A stretch of 64,000 nucleotides of DNA from a bacterium (GCA_030588745.1 JAUUXB010000001.1:5330-69329); one strand, 5' to 3'. Positions 51,850 to 61,216 are shown, counted from the stretch's first letter. Numbers and translations: made by a program. Notes: generated by a model from the sequence alone, not told the origin.

Positions 51850-52881
51850 ATGACAAAAAAAATAATAATTTATTTTCTTTTTTTTATTCTATTGGTTTCT
51901 GTATGGGGGATTTATTTTCCTAAAAACTCTGTTGATAGTGAAAACATTCTTTTTTTAGTTGAAAGAGGCCAGAATCTTTTTGAAATAGCCAATAATTTAG
52001 AAAAAGAGAAAATAATAAAAAACAGAATTTTCTTTAATTTTTATGTGTTTTTAAAAATGAGCCAGAATAAGCTTCAGGCAGGGAAGTATTTTTTGAATTC
52101 TTCAATGAATATTAAAAGCATTGCAGATAAAATTATTTCTGGTGATACAGCTAAAACTGTAATAACAATTCCTGAAGGTTGGAATTTAAGAGATATTGGC
52201 TGGTATTTTGAAAACCAAGGAATGTTTCAAGCAGAAGAGCTTTTTGAATTAGTTGGTTTTCCTTTAATTAATTATTCAATGAATACTGATTTACCAAAAC
52301 CAAAAGATTTTAGCTTGGATTATAATTTTTTAAAAAACAAACCTAAAAACATTAGTTTAGAAGGTTATCTTTTCCCAGATACTTATGAAATAGTTCCAGG
52401 CACAGAATTAGAAGAGATTGTCAGAAAAATGCTTGCTAATTTTAATAAGAAATTAACAGAAGAATTAAAAAAAGAAATTCAAAAACAAGATAAGTCAATA
52501 TTTGAAACAATAACAATGGCATCTTTAATTGAAAAAGAAGTTAAAACCTTAGAGGATAGAAAAATAGTTTCTGGTATTTTATGGAAAAGACTAAGCGCTG
52601 AAATAGGTCTGCAGGTTGATGCTGCTATCACATATATTACTGGTAAAAAAAGCATTAGAATCTCAAAGCAAGAAACTGAAATTGATTCTTTATACAATAC
52701 ATATAAATACAGGGGATTGCCCTTGGGGCCAATATGTAATCCAGGACTTCAAAGCATTGAAGCTGCAATATATCCTGAAAATACTGATTATTGGTATTAT
52801 CTTTCAACTCCAGAAGGGGAGACTATTTTTAGTCAAACTTTAGAAGAGCATAATATTGCCAAAGCAAAGTATTTGAAATAA
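51850..52881 (+). CDS. mltG: endolytic murein transglycosylase MltG (YceG-like)
   Basis: N-terminal TM, IPEGWNLRDIG, LEGYLFPDTY, ASLIEKE, YNTYKYRGLPLGPICNPG. Confidence 0.9.
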   Translation: MTKKIIIYFLFFILLVSVWGIYFPKNSVDSENILFLVERGQNLFEIANNLEKEKIIKNRIFFNFYVFLKMSQNKLQAGKYFLNSSMNIKSIADKIISGDTAKTVITIPEGWNLRDIGWYFENQGMFQAEELFELVGFPLINYSMNTDLPKPKDFSLDYNFLKNKPKNISLEGYLFPDTYEIVPGTELEEIVRKMLANFNKKLTEELKKEIQKQDKSIFETITMASLIEKEVKTLEDRKIVSGILWKRLSAEIGLQVDAAITYITGKKSIRISKQETEIDSLYNTYKYRGLPLGPICNPGLQSIEAAIYPENTDYWYYLSTPEGETIFSQTLEEHNIAKAKYLK

Positions 52882-52884
52882 AGG

Positions 52885-52913
52885 TTGACAATAAATCAGA
52901 AAGCTACTATACT
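52885..52913 (+). promoter_or_regulatory. promoter for rplJL
   Basis: TTGACA (52885-90), 17-nt spacer, TATACT (52908-13). Confidence 0.55.
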
Positions 52914-52925
52914 TAATAACACTAT

Positions 52926-53008
52926 CCACAGACAGCAGGCATTTAAGCCCTGCCGAGGAAAAAAATAGAATAAGTTTTATTCAGTCTGTGGTTTGTGCAC
53001 AGATTTTT
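52926..53008 (+). promoter_or_regulatory. rplJ (L10) leader with closing helix competing with a terminator hairpin
   Basis: CCACAGAC (52926-33) pairs with GTCTGTGG (52984-91) and encloses GCAGG...CCTGC. The same 3' segment can instead form AGTCTGTG/CACAGATT followed by TTTT (52983-53008). Confidence 0.45.
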
Positions 53009-53034
53009 GCGTTAATGGGTTCACATTTTAAAAA

Positions 53035-53547
53035 ATGGCAAAAACAAAAGAACAAAAGAAAAAAATCATTGAGGATTTAAAGGAAAAAATTGCTAAACAG
53101 AAAACAATAGTTTTTATTGATTTTACTGGTTTAAAAGTAGAGGATATGTTTGATTTACGAAAGAGTTTAAAACAAATCAATGGTCAGTTAAAAGTAGCTA
53201 AAAAGACATTGATTAGCTTAGCATTAAAAGATTCAGGACTAAAAGCAGAGATAGATAAATTAAAGGGTGAAATTGGCATGGTTTTTGGTTATAAAGATGA
53301 GATTTCTCCTGCTAAAGCAGTTTATCAGTTTTCCCAAAAGAACCCTAATTTAAAAATTTTAGGAGGATTTTTTGAAAATGAATTCAAGTCAGCCCAAGAT
53401 TTCATATCTTTGGCTCAACTTCCTTCAAAACAAGAGCTCTTAACAAGATTAACTAGAAGTATATCAGCGCCAGTATCTAATTTTGTTAGAGTTTTAGAAG
53501 GTAATTTAAAAGGTCTAGTTTACGTATTAAGTGCAATTAAAAAATAA
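53035..53547 (+). CDS. rplJ: 50S ribosomal protein L10
   Basis: KKKIIEDLKEKIAKQKTIVFIDFTGLKVEDMFDLRKSL... Adjacent to rplL. Confidence 0.92.
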   Translation: MAKTKEQKKKIIEDLKEKIAKQKTIVFIDFTGLKVEDMFDLRKSLKQINGQLKVAKKTLISLALKDSGLKAEIDKLKGEIGMVFGYKDEISPAKAVYQFSQKNPNLKILGGFFENEFKSAQDFISLAQLPSKQELLTRLTRSISAPVSNFVRVLEGNLKGLVYVLSAIKK

Positions 53548-53556
53548 TTAAAAAAT

Positions 53557-54045
53557 ATGGCTGAAGAACAAAAACAAGAAGAAAAAAAAGAGGAAGCTAA
53601 AGAGGAAAAAAAAGAAAGTGTTAAAGAAGAAAAGAAAGGAGATGAACCAATTAAGGTTCCTACAAAATTCAAGAAATTAATAGAGGAGATTGAGGAAATG
53701 AGTGTTTTGGAACTGGCAGAGCTTGTTAAAATTCTTGAAAAGAAATTCGGTGTTTCAGCTGTTCCTCAGATGGTAGCTGCTGCTCCAGTTGCAGCCCAAG
53801 TGGCTGATGCGTCTGCTAGTGAGAAATCAAGCTTTAACATTGTTTTAACTGCTGTTGGTGATAAAAAGATTGAAGTCATTAAAGCAGTTAGAGATATTAC
53901 TCAGAAAGGACTAAAAGATTCCAAAGACATAGTAGATGCTGCAGCTTCAGGGGAACAGGTGATAAAAGAAAACGTTAAAAAAGAAGAAGCAGAAGAGATG
54001 AAGAAGAAGTTTGAAGCAGCTGGTGCTAAGGTGGAATTAAAGTAA
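53557..54045 (+). CDS. rplL: 50S ribosomal protein L7/L12 with about 30-aa Glu/Lys-rich N-terminal extension
   Basis: [21 protein letters not shown]...[24 protein letters not shown]...[18 protein letters not shown]. Confidence 0.92.
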   Translation: MAEEQKQEEKKEEAKEEKKESVKEEKKGDEPIKVPTKFKKLIEEIEEMSVLELAELVKILEKKFGVSAVPQMVAAAPVAAQVADASASEKSSFNIVLTAVGDKKIEVIKAVRDITQKGLKDSKDIVDAAASGEQVIKENVKKEEAEEMKKKFEAAGAKVELK

Positions 54046-55227
54046 TTATTCTGGGCTAGTTTTAGGAAAAAAAGCTTTTTTGCCCCAGTAAAACTTTGAC
54101 TCAATAAATGCTATGTTGCATGGTATTTGATTAAGCCCTATTGGTTTACTTAGTTTTTTAGGAATTACCTCAAGCTTGTTGCATTTCTCACAATGCTTGA
54201 TTTTGCATTGTTCAGGACAATAAGTGCATATAAAAGACTCTACAAAGTGAGAGCAAGATGCTTGCCTTATTTTTCTTTGCTGTTTTAATCCTGAATATCT
54301 TTGCTTTTTCTCATATGATTGTTTTTGCACCTGTTCAAAAGAAATCTCTTTGTCAAGAACAAACTTGTTGCCAGTATAAGAATGAAACCAATCAGCTTGT
54401 TTTTTTCTGTAATCCTGAAAGTTTTCTAATTCTGTTAAACTTAAATCATTTAAAATATTCATAAATCTTTTTTGAATTTTTAAAGAACCGACATATCTCT
54501 CAGCAAGAATTGTTCCATAAAGTCCTAGATTGGGTCTGTTTTCTTGTTTTGCTTTTTCTTTAGTTCTTTCAATCCACCAGTCTGGTAAGTAAATATGTTT
54601 TACCTTGCCTTCTGCTAAAGATCTAATTAATCTAGTCAGTCCATAATAACTTGCTCTCATCCTGCCATAATCATAATATCTAACATTAACACTGTTAACT
54701 GTAATAGCACCAATAGCATTTACTGTGTCTCTTATAGCCTTTTTAGTGTGATAAAGCAGCCAATATCCTCCTTTTTCTTTTGGCATCAATATTGTTTCAT
54801 TAATTGTCATGTCTCTGCTTTCTAATATTCTTTTAATCATTCTTTCATTTTCAGGATTGCCTTTTATTAGTTCAATGTCACGGTTATTGAGTTCAAATCC
54901 TACTGTTTTTAGTTTTTCTATTAAATGTTCAACTCTTTTGGTTAATCCTGGCAAGCTTTTGTTTTTTGTTCCAGTAAAAGTAAGAATTAAATCAATGTCA
55001 GGTAATACATCCCATTCATTTTCTAAAGCTCTGTTTTTTTTGATTCTCCCTTCATTTTTAAGGATCTGGCCTAAAACTGCTTTGGCAAAACCACCCTTTA
55101 CTATCATGTTTTTTTCCTGAGCTAAAACCTCTAAAACTTTAATAATCTTTTTAGGGAATAACCCTGAAGCTTCTTTTTTATCTATTTCAATTTCTGAAAC
55201 TTTTCGCTTTAAAGGTATTAGATGCAT
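54046..55227 (-). CDS. divergent class II nucleotidyltransferase (CCA-adding/poly(A) polymerase family-like) with Cys-rich C-terminal tail
   Basis: VKGGFAKAVLG...LPDIDLILTF resembles GG.VRD.LLG....D.D, with an insertion. ESRDMTINETIL resembles the RRD.T.NA motif. The C-terminus has CSHF...CTYCPEQCKIKHCEKC. Confidence 0.45.
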   Translation of the reverse strand: MHLIPLKRKVSEIEIDKKEASGLFPKKIIKVLEVLAQEKNMIVKGGFAKAVLGQILKNEGRIKKNRALENEWDVLPDIDLILTFTGTKNKSLPGLTKRVEHLIEKLKTVGFELNNRDIELIKGNPENERMIKRILESRDMTINETILMPKEKGGYWLLYHTKKAIRDTVNAIGAITVNSVNVRYYDYGRMRASYYGLTRLIRSLAEGKVKHIYLPDWWIERTKEKAKQENRPNLGLYGTILAERYVGSLKIQKRFMNILNDLSLTELENFQDYRKKQADWFHSYTGNKFVLDKEISFEQVQKQSYEKKQRYSGLKQQRKIRQASCSHFVESFICTYCPEQCKIKHCEKCNKLEVIPKKLSKPIGLNQIPCNIAFIESKFYWGKKAFFPKTSPE

Positions 55228-55233
55228 ATATAA

Positions 55234-57246
55234 TTACAATTTAATCGTATACACTTTAAGACCGTTTAGAATATATATGGTGTTTTCAGCAACTCCAAAA
55301 TCAAGCAGATTATCAAATTTCTGGCTTTGGAACTGCTTAACTATTCGGCCGTCTTTTTTTAAAATAACAATTCTTTTTTGAACAGGTTCTAAGATATATA
55401 AATAGGGAAGATTGGATGAAGTGTAAATTTTTACAAGATCTTTTGGGTTTGGAAAAATATTGATTTCAAACTCTTTTTGGAACTCGCCTTTGTAATATTT
55501 GTAAATTAAGTTATTCTTCAGAATCCAAGCAGAGGAATCAACAGCCATTGAGTCAGCTCCAACAACATCTTCTTTTTGATTTAACCAAGAAACAGGCCTG
55601 TTCCATTTAAAATCATTTAAAAAACCATACTTTATAATCTGACCTGTTTTTTTGTCAATAAAATAAAGATTATTGTAAAAAGAAGCTAAATCACTGAATT
55701 CAAAATCTTGATAAGGTGTTTGAATTTCTGATTCAAAAATTTCATTATTTTTTAAAATTATGAGTTTGTCTGGTCTTGAGAAAAACAGGGCTGAATTATT
55801 AATCCTGATGGCTGAGTTTATGACTTTATTGACTTCAATGATTCTTTTTTCATTGAAATCATATATGTTTTTTAAATAAGGGCTGAAAAAATATATATTA
55901 TCACCATCAATTAAAAGATTATGTGGTACAAAATCCAACCTGTTAAATTCAAACACAAGTTCAGGATTTTCAATTTGTTCTAATTTATTTAGCTCTGAAA
56001 GCTTACTTGAAATTTCATTTTTTAATTCAAGAATTTGACTTGTAAAATCTTTTGGCAACAGGGATAAATCTTTTGTTATAGGTAGGATTTTATTCCAGCT
56101 TTCTTTTAAAAGAAGGTTTGATTTTTGAAAAGCTTCTGAACTTGTATCTTTTAAAAGGATAAAGCTTTCTGAGAGTTGTAGTTTTTCCTGAATTTCTTCT
56201 AATTGTTTGCTATAGATTTTTATCTTTCTATTCTGTTCAAACTTTGAAAAAACAAACCCAAAAACTAAAAGAATTATTAGTCCTAATATTAAAATTAAGT
56301 TCTGTTTTAATAAACTCTTTTTTTTCTTTGTTTTTTTCAGTTTTGACAAAGAAAAAGTTTTTTTAAAGATTCTTATATTAAACCTTGGTGTCCTGAATTT
56401 GATTCTCGGAATTTTTATGCCTTTTAACCCCTTTTTCTTTTTTTTAGTTACGATTTTAATGTTAAATGCCTTTTTTGGCAGTTTTTGGAAAATCTTTAAT
56501 ACAGGAGCAAATATCTTTTTTAAAGAAAACTTTTCTAAGTCCTTTTCAGATATTGTTTGTTTTTTTCCAACGAAGTTTTCTTTGATAAATTGTATCAGTA
56601 AGAAAACACCGCTGATTTCATTTAGGTTTTTCTTTTGGCTATTTAGGATTTCTTTGAATTGCTTGTCATCAAAAGACTCTAATTTAGCTATTTTTGTTAA
56701 TGTTTTTTCTTGTTTAAAAAATTCAAAAATATCTTGAGTTAAAATAACAATAAGGTCTTTTTCAGCTAACTTACCAGAAACAATGTTGGCAAACACTTTT
56801 AACGGATATGGTTCTAAATCTTCAATCTGAACTTTTTTATTAATGTCTGTTATCTGTCCTGCCCTGATTAAAATTGGTTTAATATCTCCAACTTTGGCAA
56901 AGTTAAGATTTGAATCCTTGATTGAAAGAATGAAGAAATCCAGGTTTCCCAGCCAGCTGACATCTCCTGATTTAGATATACTATCCAGAAACTTATTAGC
57001 TTCTTTCAGGCTGGATTTTAGAGACCTTTCAGCGCTGCCAACTCTTGAGCTGTAGTATTTTTCTTTTATAACTTCTGCTAATCTTTTTAATAGACGCTTG
57101 TTTTTAGGTAGTGTGTTTTTCAAAAGTCCTACTATATATAGATCCCCCAACTTTTTCTCATAAGCTTTTTCCGGTTCATAACAAAAACTATCAAGGACTA
57201 AATCTTCTTTTAATTTAGGATTAAAGTGAAATTCAAAAATCCGCAT
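55234..57246 (-). CDS. large single-pass membrane protein, cytoplasmic PPM/SpoIIE-like N-domain and repeat-rich outer domain
   Basis: Central TM (LILILGLIILLVFGFVF) preceded by a poly-Lys stretch. The N-terminal FAKVGDIKPILIRAG...DLIVILTQD is PP2C-like in style (weak). Confidence 0.4.
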   Translation of the reverse strand: MRIFEFHFNPKLKEDLVLDSFCYEPEKAYEKKLGDLYIVGLLKNTLPKNKRLLKRLAEVIKEKYYSSRVGSAERSLKSSLKEANKFLDSISKSGDVSWLGNLDFFILSIKDSNLNFAKVGDIKPILIRAGQITDINKKVQIEDLEPYPLKVFANIVSGKLAEKDLIVILTQDIFEFFKQEKTLTKIAKLESFDDKQFKEILNSQKKNLNEISGVFLLIQFIKENFVGKKQTISEKDLEKFSLKKIFAPVLKIFQKLPKKAFNIKIVTKKKKKGLKGIKIPRIKFRTPRFNIRIFKKTFSLSKLKKTKKKKSLLKQNLILILGLIILLVFGFVFSKFEQNRKIKIYSKQLEEIQEKLQLSESFILLKDTSSEAFQKSNLLLKESWNKILPITKDLSLLPKDFTSQILELKNEISSKLSELNKLEQIENPELVFEFNRLDFVPHNLLIDGDNIYFFSPYLKNIYDFNEKRIIEVNKVINSAIRINNSALFFSRPDKLIILKNNEIFESEIQTPYQDFEFSDLASFYNNLYFIDKKTGQIIKYGFLNDFKWNRPVSWLNQKEDVVGADSMAVDSSAWILKNNLIYKYYKGEFQKEFEINIFPNPKDLVKIYTSSNLPYLYILEPVQKRIVILKKDGRIVKQFQSQKFDNLLDFGVAENTIYILNGLKVYTIKL

Positions 57247-57322
57247 ATTCTTTAAGCTATTTTACTTTGTATTTAACTTGTTGTAAAATCAATTAGAACA
57301 TTTTTTATAGAGAGGGATAAAA

Positions 57323-57742
57323 ATGAGAAAAATGAGAATAACCTTTAAGATAGACGTTTTAGGGCTCGATTTAGATAATACCCTGACTTTCAGAACGAAA
57401 TTACCATGGTGGTGCTCTATACTTCTGATGCCATTTTTCATGATATTACCACCAAATAAACTAATGCTTGACATTATTAAAAAAGTCAGAAAGGCTGGTG
57501 GTAAAATCATTATCATTTCAGCAAGACCTAGATTTTCTACAAGACTCTCAAAATTATGGTTAAGGCGTTATAAGGTGCCTTATAACAAAATAAAGTGTGT
57601 GGGTTTTATACATAGAAAGATTCACAAACTAGAAGTTATCCGAACAGAGAGCATTGATTGTTTTATTGATGATGATTGGGGGATGAGGCGGTTTGTGGAA
57701 GAAAACGAGCCTCTTATTAAAATATTAGGGTCTTTGGTGTGA
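57323..57742 (+). CDS. HAD-superfamily phosphatase-like protein
   Basis: LGLDLDNTLT (DxDxT motif I), IIIISARP (motif II-like), FIDDD (motif IV-like). Confidence 0.6.
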   Translation: MRKMRITFKIDVLGLDLDNTLTFRTKLPWWCSILLMPFFMILPPNKLMLDIIKKVRKAGGKIIIISARPRFSTRLSKLWLRRYKVPYNKIKCVGFIHRKIHKLEVIRTESIDCFIDDDWGMRRFVEENEPLIKILGSLV

Positions 57743-57750
57743 AATACACT

Positions 57751-57776
57751 TGGTGTAAAACACACCATTTTTTTTT
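57751..57776 (+). terminator. intrinsic terminator
   Basis: TGGTGT-aaaac-ACACCA followed by nine T. Confidence 0.65.
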
Positions 57777-57833
57777 AAAACCAATATTAACATTTACGTT
57801 CTTTATAAAATTTATTAATATTAAAAATGATTT

Positions 57834-57905
57834 GGGCTCGTGGCTCAGTGGTAGAGCGTACGGTTCACATCCGTAAGGTCATAGGTTCAATTCCTATCGG
57901 GCCCA
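57834..57905 (+). tRNA. tRNA-Val(CAC)
   Basis: GGGCTCG-TG-GCTC-AGTGGTA-GAGC-G-TACGG-TTCACAT-CCGTA-AGGTC-ATAGG-TTCAATT-CCTAT-CGGGCCC-A. Confidence 0.9.
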
Positions 57906-57975
57906 CAGAATGACAAATTTAGAGCAGTTTACAAATTAGAAGAGAAATGTAATTATGAAAATAGAGTAATCATTT

Positions 57976-58308
57976 ATGAAAAAGAAAATTTCTTTTGATG
58001 AAGAGCTCTATGCTAGGATTGCAATTAATGATTTGATTATTTTCGCAATACACTCAATAAAACGCAAAGGTAGAGAGTGTGGTTTTGAAGATTTAGTAAG
58101 TGAATGTTTTAGGCTGTTTCCAAAAACTTTTGTTTTTTCAAAATACCCTAAGTGGCCTGACAGCAGAAAATTAGACAGACCCTTAAGAGATTTAAGAAGA
58201 AAAGGATTAGTTAAAGGAAAACCTAAGACAATTTTTTCCTTAACAGCAAAAGGAAAGAAAAAATCATTAGAAATTGTTAAGGTTTTTCGGCAGATAAAAT
58301 TACTGTAA
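57976..58308 (+). CDS. hypothetical basic protein (possible winged-helix)
   Basis: 110-aa ORF with a Lys/Arg-rich C-terminal half. No motif recognised. Confidence 0.45.
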   Translation: MKKKISFDEELYARIAINDLIIFAIHSIKRKGRECGFEDLVSECFRLFPKTFVFSKYPKWPDSRKLDRPLRDLRRKGLVKGKPKTIFSLTAKGKKKSLEIVKVFRQIKLL

Positions 58309-58325
58309 TTTATTAAAATTAAAAT

Positions 58326-58448
58326 ATGTTGGATGTAATTATTAATATTCTTGACTCAATAACCCTTAATCTTTTAATTGTTTTTCTTGTTGTAGTGTTT
58401 ATTGGAGTGATTTTTTATGTAATAATGAAAAACTTGCGTAGTTTTTAA
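58326..58448 (+). CDS. possible 40-aa single-TM micropeptide
   Basis: Own translation: MLDVIINILDSITLNLLIVFLVVVFIGVIFYVIMKNLRSF. It fills an otherwise empty gap. No other support. Confidence 0.3.
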   Translation: MLDVIINILDSITLNLLIVFLVVVFIGVIFYVIMKNLRSF

Positions 58449-58451
58449 TGT

Positions 58452-58733
58452 ATGAAAGAGAAAATCAGGGCTCATATTATTGTTTCAGGCAAGGTGCAGG
58501 GAGTATATTTCAGACAAGACACTATCAAACAAGCACAAAAATTTGGAGTTTCAGGCTGGATTAGAAACTTAGATAACGGTAAGGTTGAGGCTGTTTTTGA
58601 AGGAGAAAAAGACAAAGTAGAAGAAATAGTCAATTGGACTAAAAAAGGACCATTTTTCGCCAAAGTTTTAAGTTTAAAAATTGATTGGCAGGAGTATAAA
58701 GGGGAATTTAATAATTTTGAGATAAAACATTAA
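58452..58733 (+). CDS. acyP: acylphosphatase
   Basis: VSGKVQGVYFRQ and GWIRNLDNGKVEAVFEG signatures. Confidence 0.88.
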   Translation: MKEKIRAHIIVSGKVQGVYFRQDTIKQAQKFGVSGWIRNLDNGKVEAVFEGEKDKVEEIVNWTKKGPFFAKVLSLKIDWQEYKGEFNNFEIKH

Positions 58734-58779
58734 TTAAAGGATTTAGGCAAAGAAACAAGATTTTTAAAGTTGATAAATA

Positions 58780-59772
58780 ATGGATTTTTCTTGTGTAAAA
58801 AAAGTTTTGAAATCTCAGCCAAGCTACCGTTTAAAACAAGCAAAAAGACTTGTTTTTTTTAATTTAATAGACAACTGGAATCAAGCCACATCATTCCCAC
58901 CACTTTTAAGAGAAAATCTAAACAAAAAATGTTCTTTAGAAATTAAAGCTAAAACTTTTGTTTCTAAAAATAAAAAGACGATTAAAGTTTTAATTGAATT
59001 GAGTGATGATTTAAAAATTGAATCTGTTTTAATGAAGCACAAGGACAAAAGAAATACAGTGTGCGTTTCTTCTCAGGTTGGTTGCGCTTTAGGTTGTGTT
59101 TTCTGCGCTACAGGGAGAATGGGTTTTAAAAGAAATTTAAAGACGCATGAAATTGTAAATCAGGTTTTGTTTTTTGCCAGGTATTTAAAAAAGAAAAAAG
59201 AGAAGATTACAAACATTGTTTTTATGGGAATGGGCGAGCCTTTTTTAAACTATAAAAATGTTATTGAAGCAATAAGGATTTTAAATGACAAACAGGGTTT
59301 TAATTTAGGAGCAAGAAGTTTTTCAATCTCAACTGCTGGAATTATTGATGGAATTAAAAAATTAAGCAATGAAAATCTTAAAATAAATTTAGCTGTTTCT
59401 TTGCACGCAGCAGATGACAACCTGCGTTTAAAAATCATGCCAGTGGCTAGAAGTTATCCACTTTCAAAAATTCTTAAGGCAGTTGATAGTTATATAATTA
59501 AGACCAGACGTAAGGTAATGTTTGAATATGTAATGATGAAGGATATCAATGATAAAGATGAACACGCTAAAAAACTAGCTAAGATAATGAAAAAACCACT
59601 TTATTTTGTTAATTTGATTGCCTGTAATCCAATAGGAGATTTTAAAGCATCCAGTTCTTCAAGAATTAAAAAGTTTAAAGAGATTCTAGAAAAGGCAGGA
59701 GTCAAAGTAGGTCAAAGATATAGTTTTGGCCAGGATATTAAAGCTGCTTGTGGGCAATTGGCAGGTGAGTAG
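58780..59772 (+). CDS. rlmN: 23S rRNA/tRNA A2503/A37 C2-methyltransferase RlmN (radical SAM)
   Basis: CVSSQVGCALGCVFCATG, MGMGEPFLN, C-terminal ACGQL. Confidence 0.9.
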   Translation: MDFSCVKKVLKSQPSYRLKQAKRLVFFNLIDNWNQATSFPPLLRENLNKKCSLEIKAKTFVSKNKKTIKVLIELSDDLKIESVLMKHKDKRNTVCVSSQVGCALGCVFCATGRMGFKRNLKTHEIVNQVLFFARYLKKKKEKITNIVFMGMGEPFLNYKNVIEAIRILNDKQGFNLGARSFSISTAGIIDGIKKLSNENLKINLAVSLHAADDNLRLKIMPVARSYPLSKILKAVDSYIIKTRRKVMFEYVMMKDINDKDEHAKKLAKIMKKPLYFVNLIACNPIGDFKASSSSRIKKFKEILEKAGVKVGQRYSFGQDIKAACGQLAGE

Positions 59773-59794
59773 AATGGTTGGTATTTTTAAAAAT

Positions 59795-59823
59795 CGCCAG
59801 ATTAGTTAATTTGGCGGTTTTTT
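59795..59823 (+). terminator. intrinsic terminator after rlmN
   Basis: CGCCA ... TGGCG followed by GTTTTTT. Confidence 0.5.
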
Positions 59824-59838
59824 GATAAAATCTTAAAT

Positions 59839-60612
59839 ATGAATCCTAAGCTTTTTAAACAAAACAATGGATATGAAATTGATGGATTGTGGTATCCAAG
59901 AGTAACCTCAATTTGTAATATTATTGCAAAGCCTGGGCTTGAAATGTGGCTGGCTAATCAGCCGAGCTTTATTGCAATGCAAAGAAAAAGAAAGAAAATT
60001 ACTGAGTGGGGAATTCTTATTCATGAAACAATTGAGAAAATACTTTTAAAAAAGAATCCTGAGATTAAACCAAATATCCGTCCCTCAATACAGGCTTTTT
60101 TAGATTGGCTAAGTGTCAATAAGATTAAACCTTTAAGTATTGAGAAAATGGTTTTCAGTAAACAGAATATTTATGCTGGAACATTTGATATTTTAGCAGA
60201 ACTTAATAATAAATTAGGAATTTTAGATTTAAAAACCAGCAAAGAAATCTGGGACGACCATTTTATTCAAACCGCAGCCTATTTTAATGCATATAATGAA
60301 AAAAATAAGAAAAAGGCAAAGACTCACTGGATTTTAAGAATTGACCAGTATCAAAGATGTAAAGTTTGTGGCGCAAAAAAAAGAGATAAGCTGGGCGAGA
60401 TTAATGTAAAAGGCGGGAAAAGATTCTGCAGACATATCTGGAATAGTTCAAAAGGCGAGTGCGAGCTTCAAAAAGTGAAAAATCATAAATCTTTTCTTGA
60501 TACTTTTTTAGCTGCAAAACAATTATGGGAATTTTCAAACAGACATTTGCTTTCTCAAATTGATAATTATCCAAATAAAACAAAAACACACTTAACGCTT
60601 TTTAATATTTAA
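59839..60612 (+). CDS. PD-(D/E)XK nuclease-family protein with Cys cluster
   Basis: YPRVTSI, GTFDILAE...ILDLKTSKE (D...D.K core), CKVCGAKK...FCRH. Confidence 0.5.
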   Translation: MNPKLFKQNNGYEIDGLWYPRVTSICNIIAKPGLEMWLANQPSFIAMQRKRKKITEWGILIHETIEKILLKKNPEIKPNIRPSIQAFLDWLSVNKIKPLSIEKMVFSKQNIYAGTFDILAELNNKLGILDLKTSKEIWDDHFIQTAAYFNAYNEKNKKKAKTHWILRIDQYQRCKVCGAKKRDKLGEINVKGGKRFCRHIWNSSKGECELQKVKNHKSFLDTFLAAKQLWEFSNRHLLSQIDNYPNKTKTHLTLFNI

Positions 60613-61212
60613 ATGAAAGAAATAATCACAAAAAAAATAGCTGATGAGTTGATGAAAATAAAGGGAGAGGTAAGAGGAATTGCTCCTAAAAGCCATGTTC
60701 AGTTTGTTGTTGAAGAAAAAGGAGAGGAAATTTTAAAAAAGATAGAAGAAAAAATGAAGGAATTAGGCCATCCCGTAGAATACAAAAACATGAAGCCAAT
60801 GAGTTTTTATCCAATAGGATTGGAAGCTACAACTTTATTGGTTATTAAAGAATTGTTTAATTATGATGATAAAAAGCTTAGAGAAATTGGCATATATCAG
60901 TCAAAGGTTTCATTAATAATAAAGCTTTTTACGAAATATTTTGTTTCTATGAAAGTAATAGCTCAGAAAGCGCCAGAAATGTGGAGGAAATATTATACTG
61001 TTGGAGATTTAAGAATAACAGAGCTTAATGAAAAAGAAAAATATACTGTTATAGAAGTCAAAGATTTTCAGATATATCCGTCTCACTGCCGGATGCTTGA
61101 AGGCTATTTTGGCAATGTAGTTAAAATGGTAACCAATAAGAATACTGAGTGCAAAGAAACAAAATGCCCTTTTTTAGGTGACAATTATCATGAATTTATG
61201 ATAAGGTGGTAA
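60613..61212 (+). CDS. hypothetical protein
   Basis: 199-aa ORF abutting the previous gene (the stop is immediately followed by the ATG). No motif recognised with confidence. Confidence 0.5.
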   Translation: MKEIITKKIADELMKIKGEVRGIAPKSHVQFVVEEKGEEILKKIEEKMKELGHPVEYKNMKPMSFYPIGLEATTLLVIKELFNYDDKKLREIGIYQSKVSLIIKLFTKYFVSMKVIAQKAPEMWRKYYTVGDLRITELNEKEKYTVIEVKDFQIYPSHCRMLEGYFGNVVKMVTNKNTECKETKCPFLGDNYHEFMIRW

Positions 61213-61216
61213 TTCA

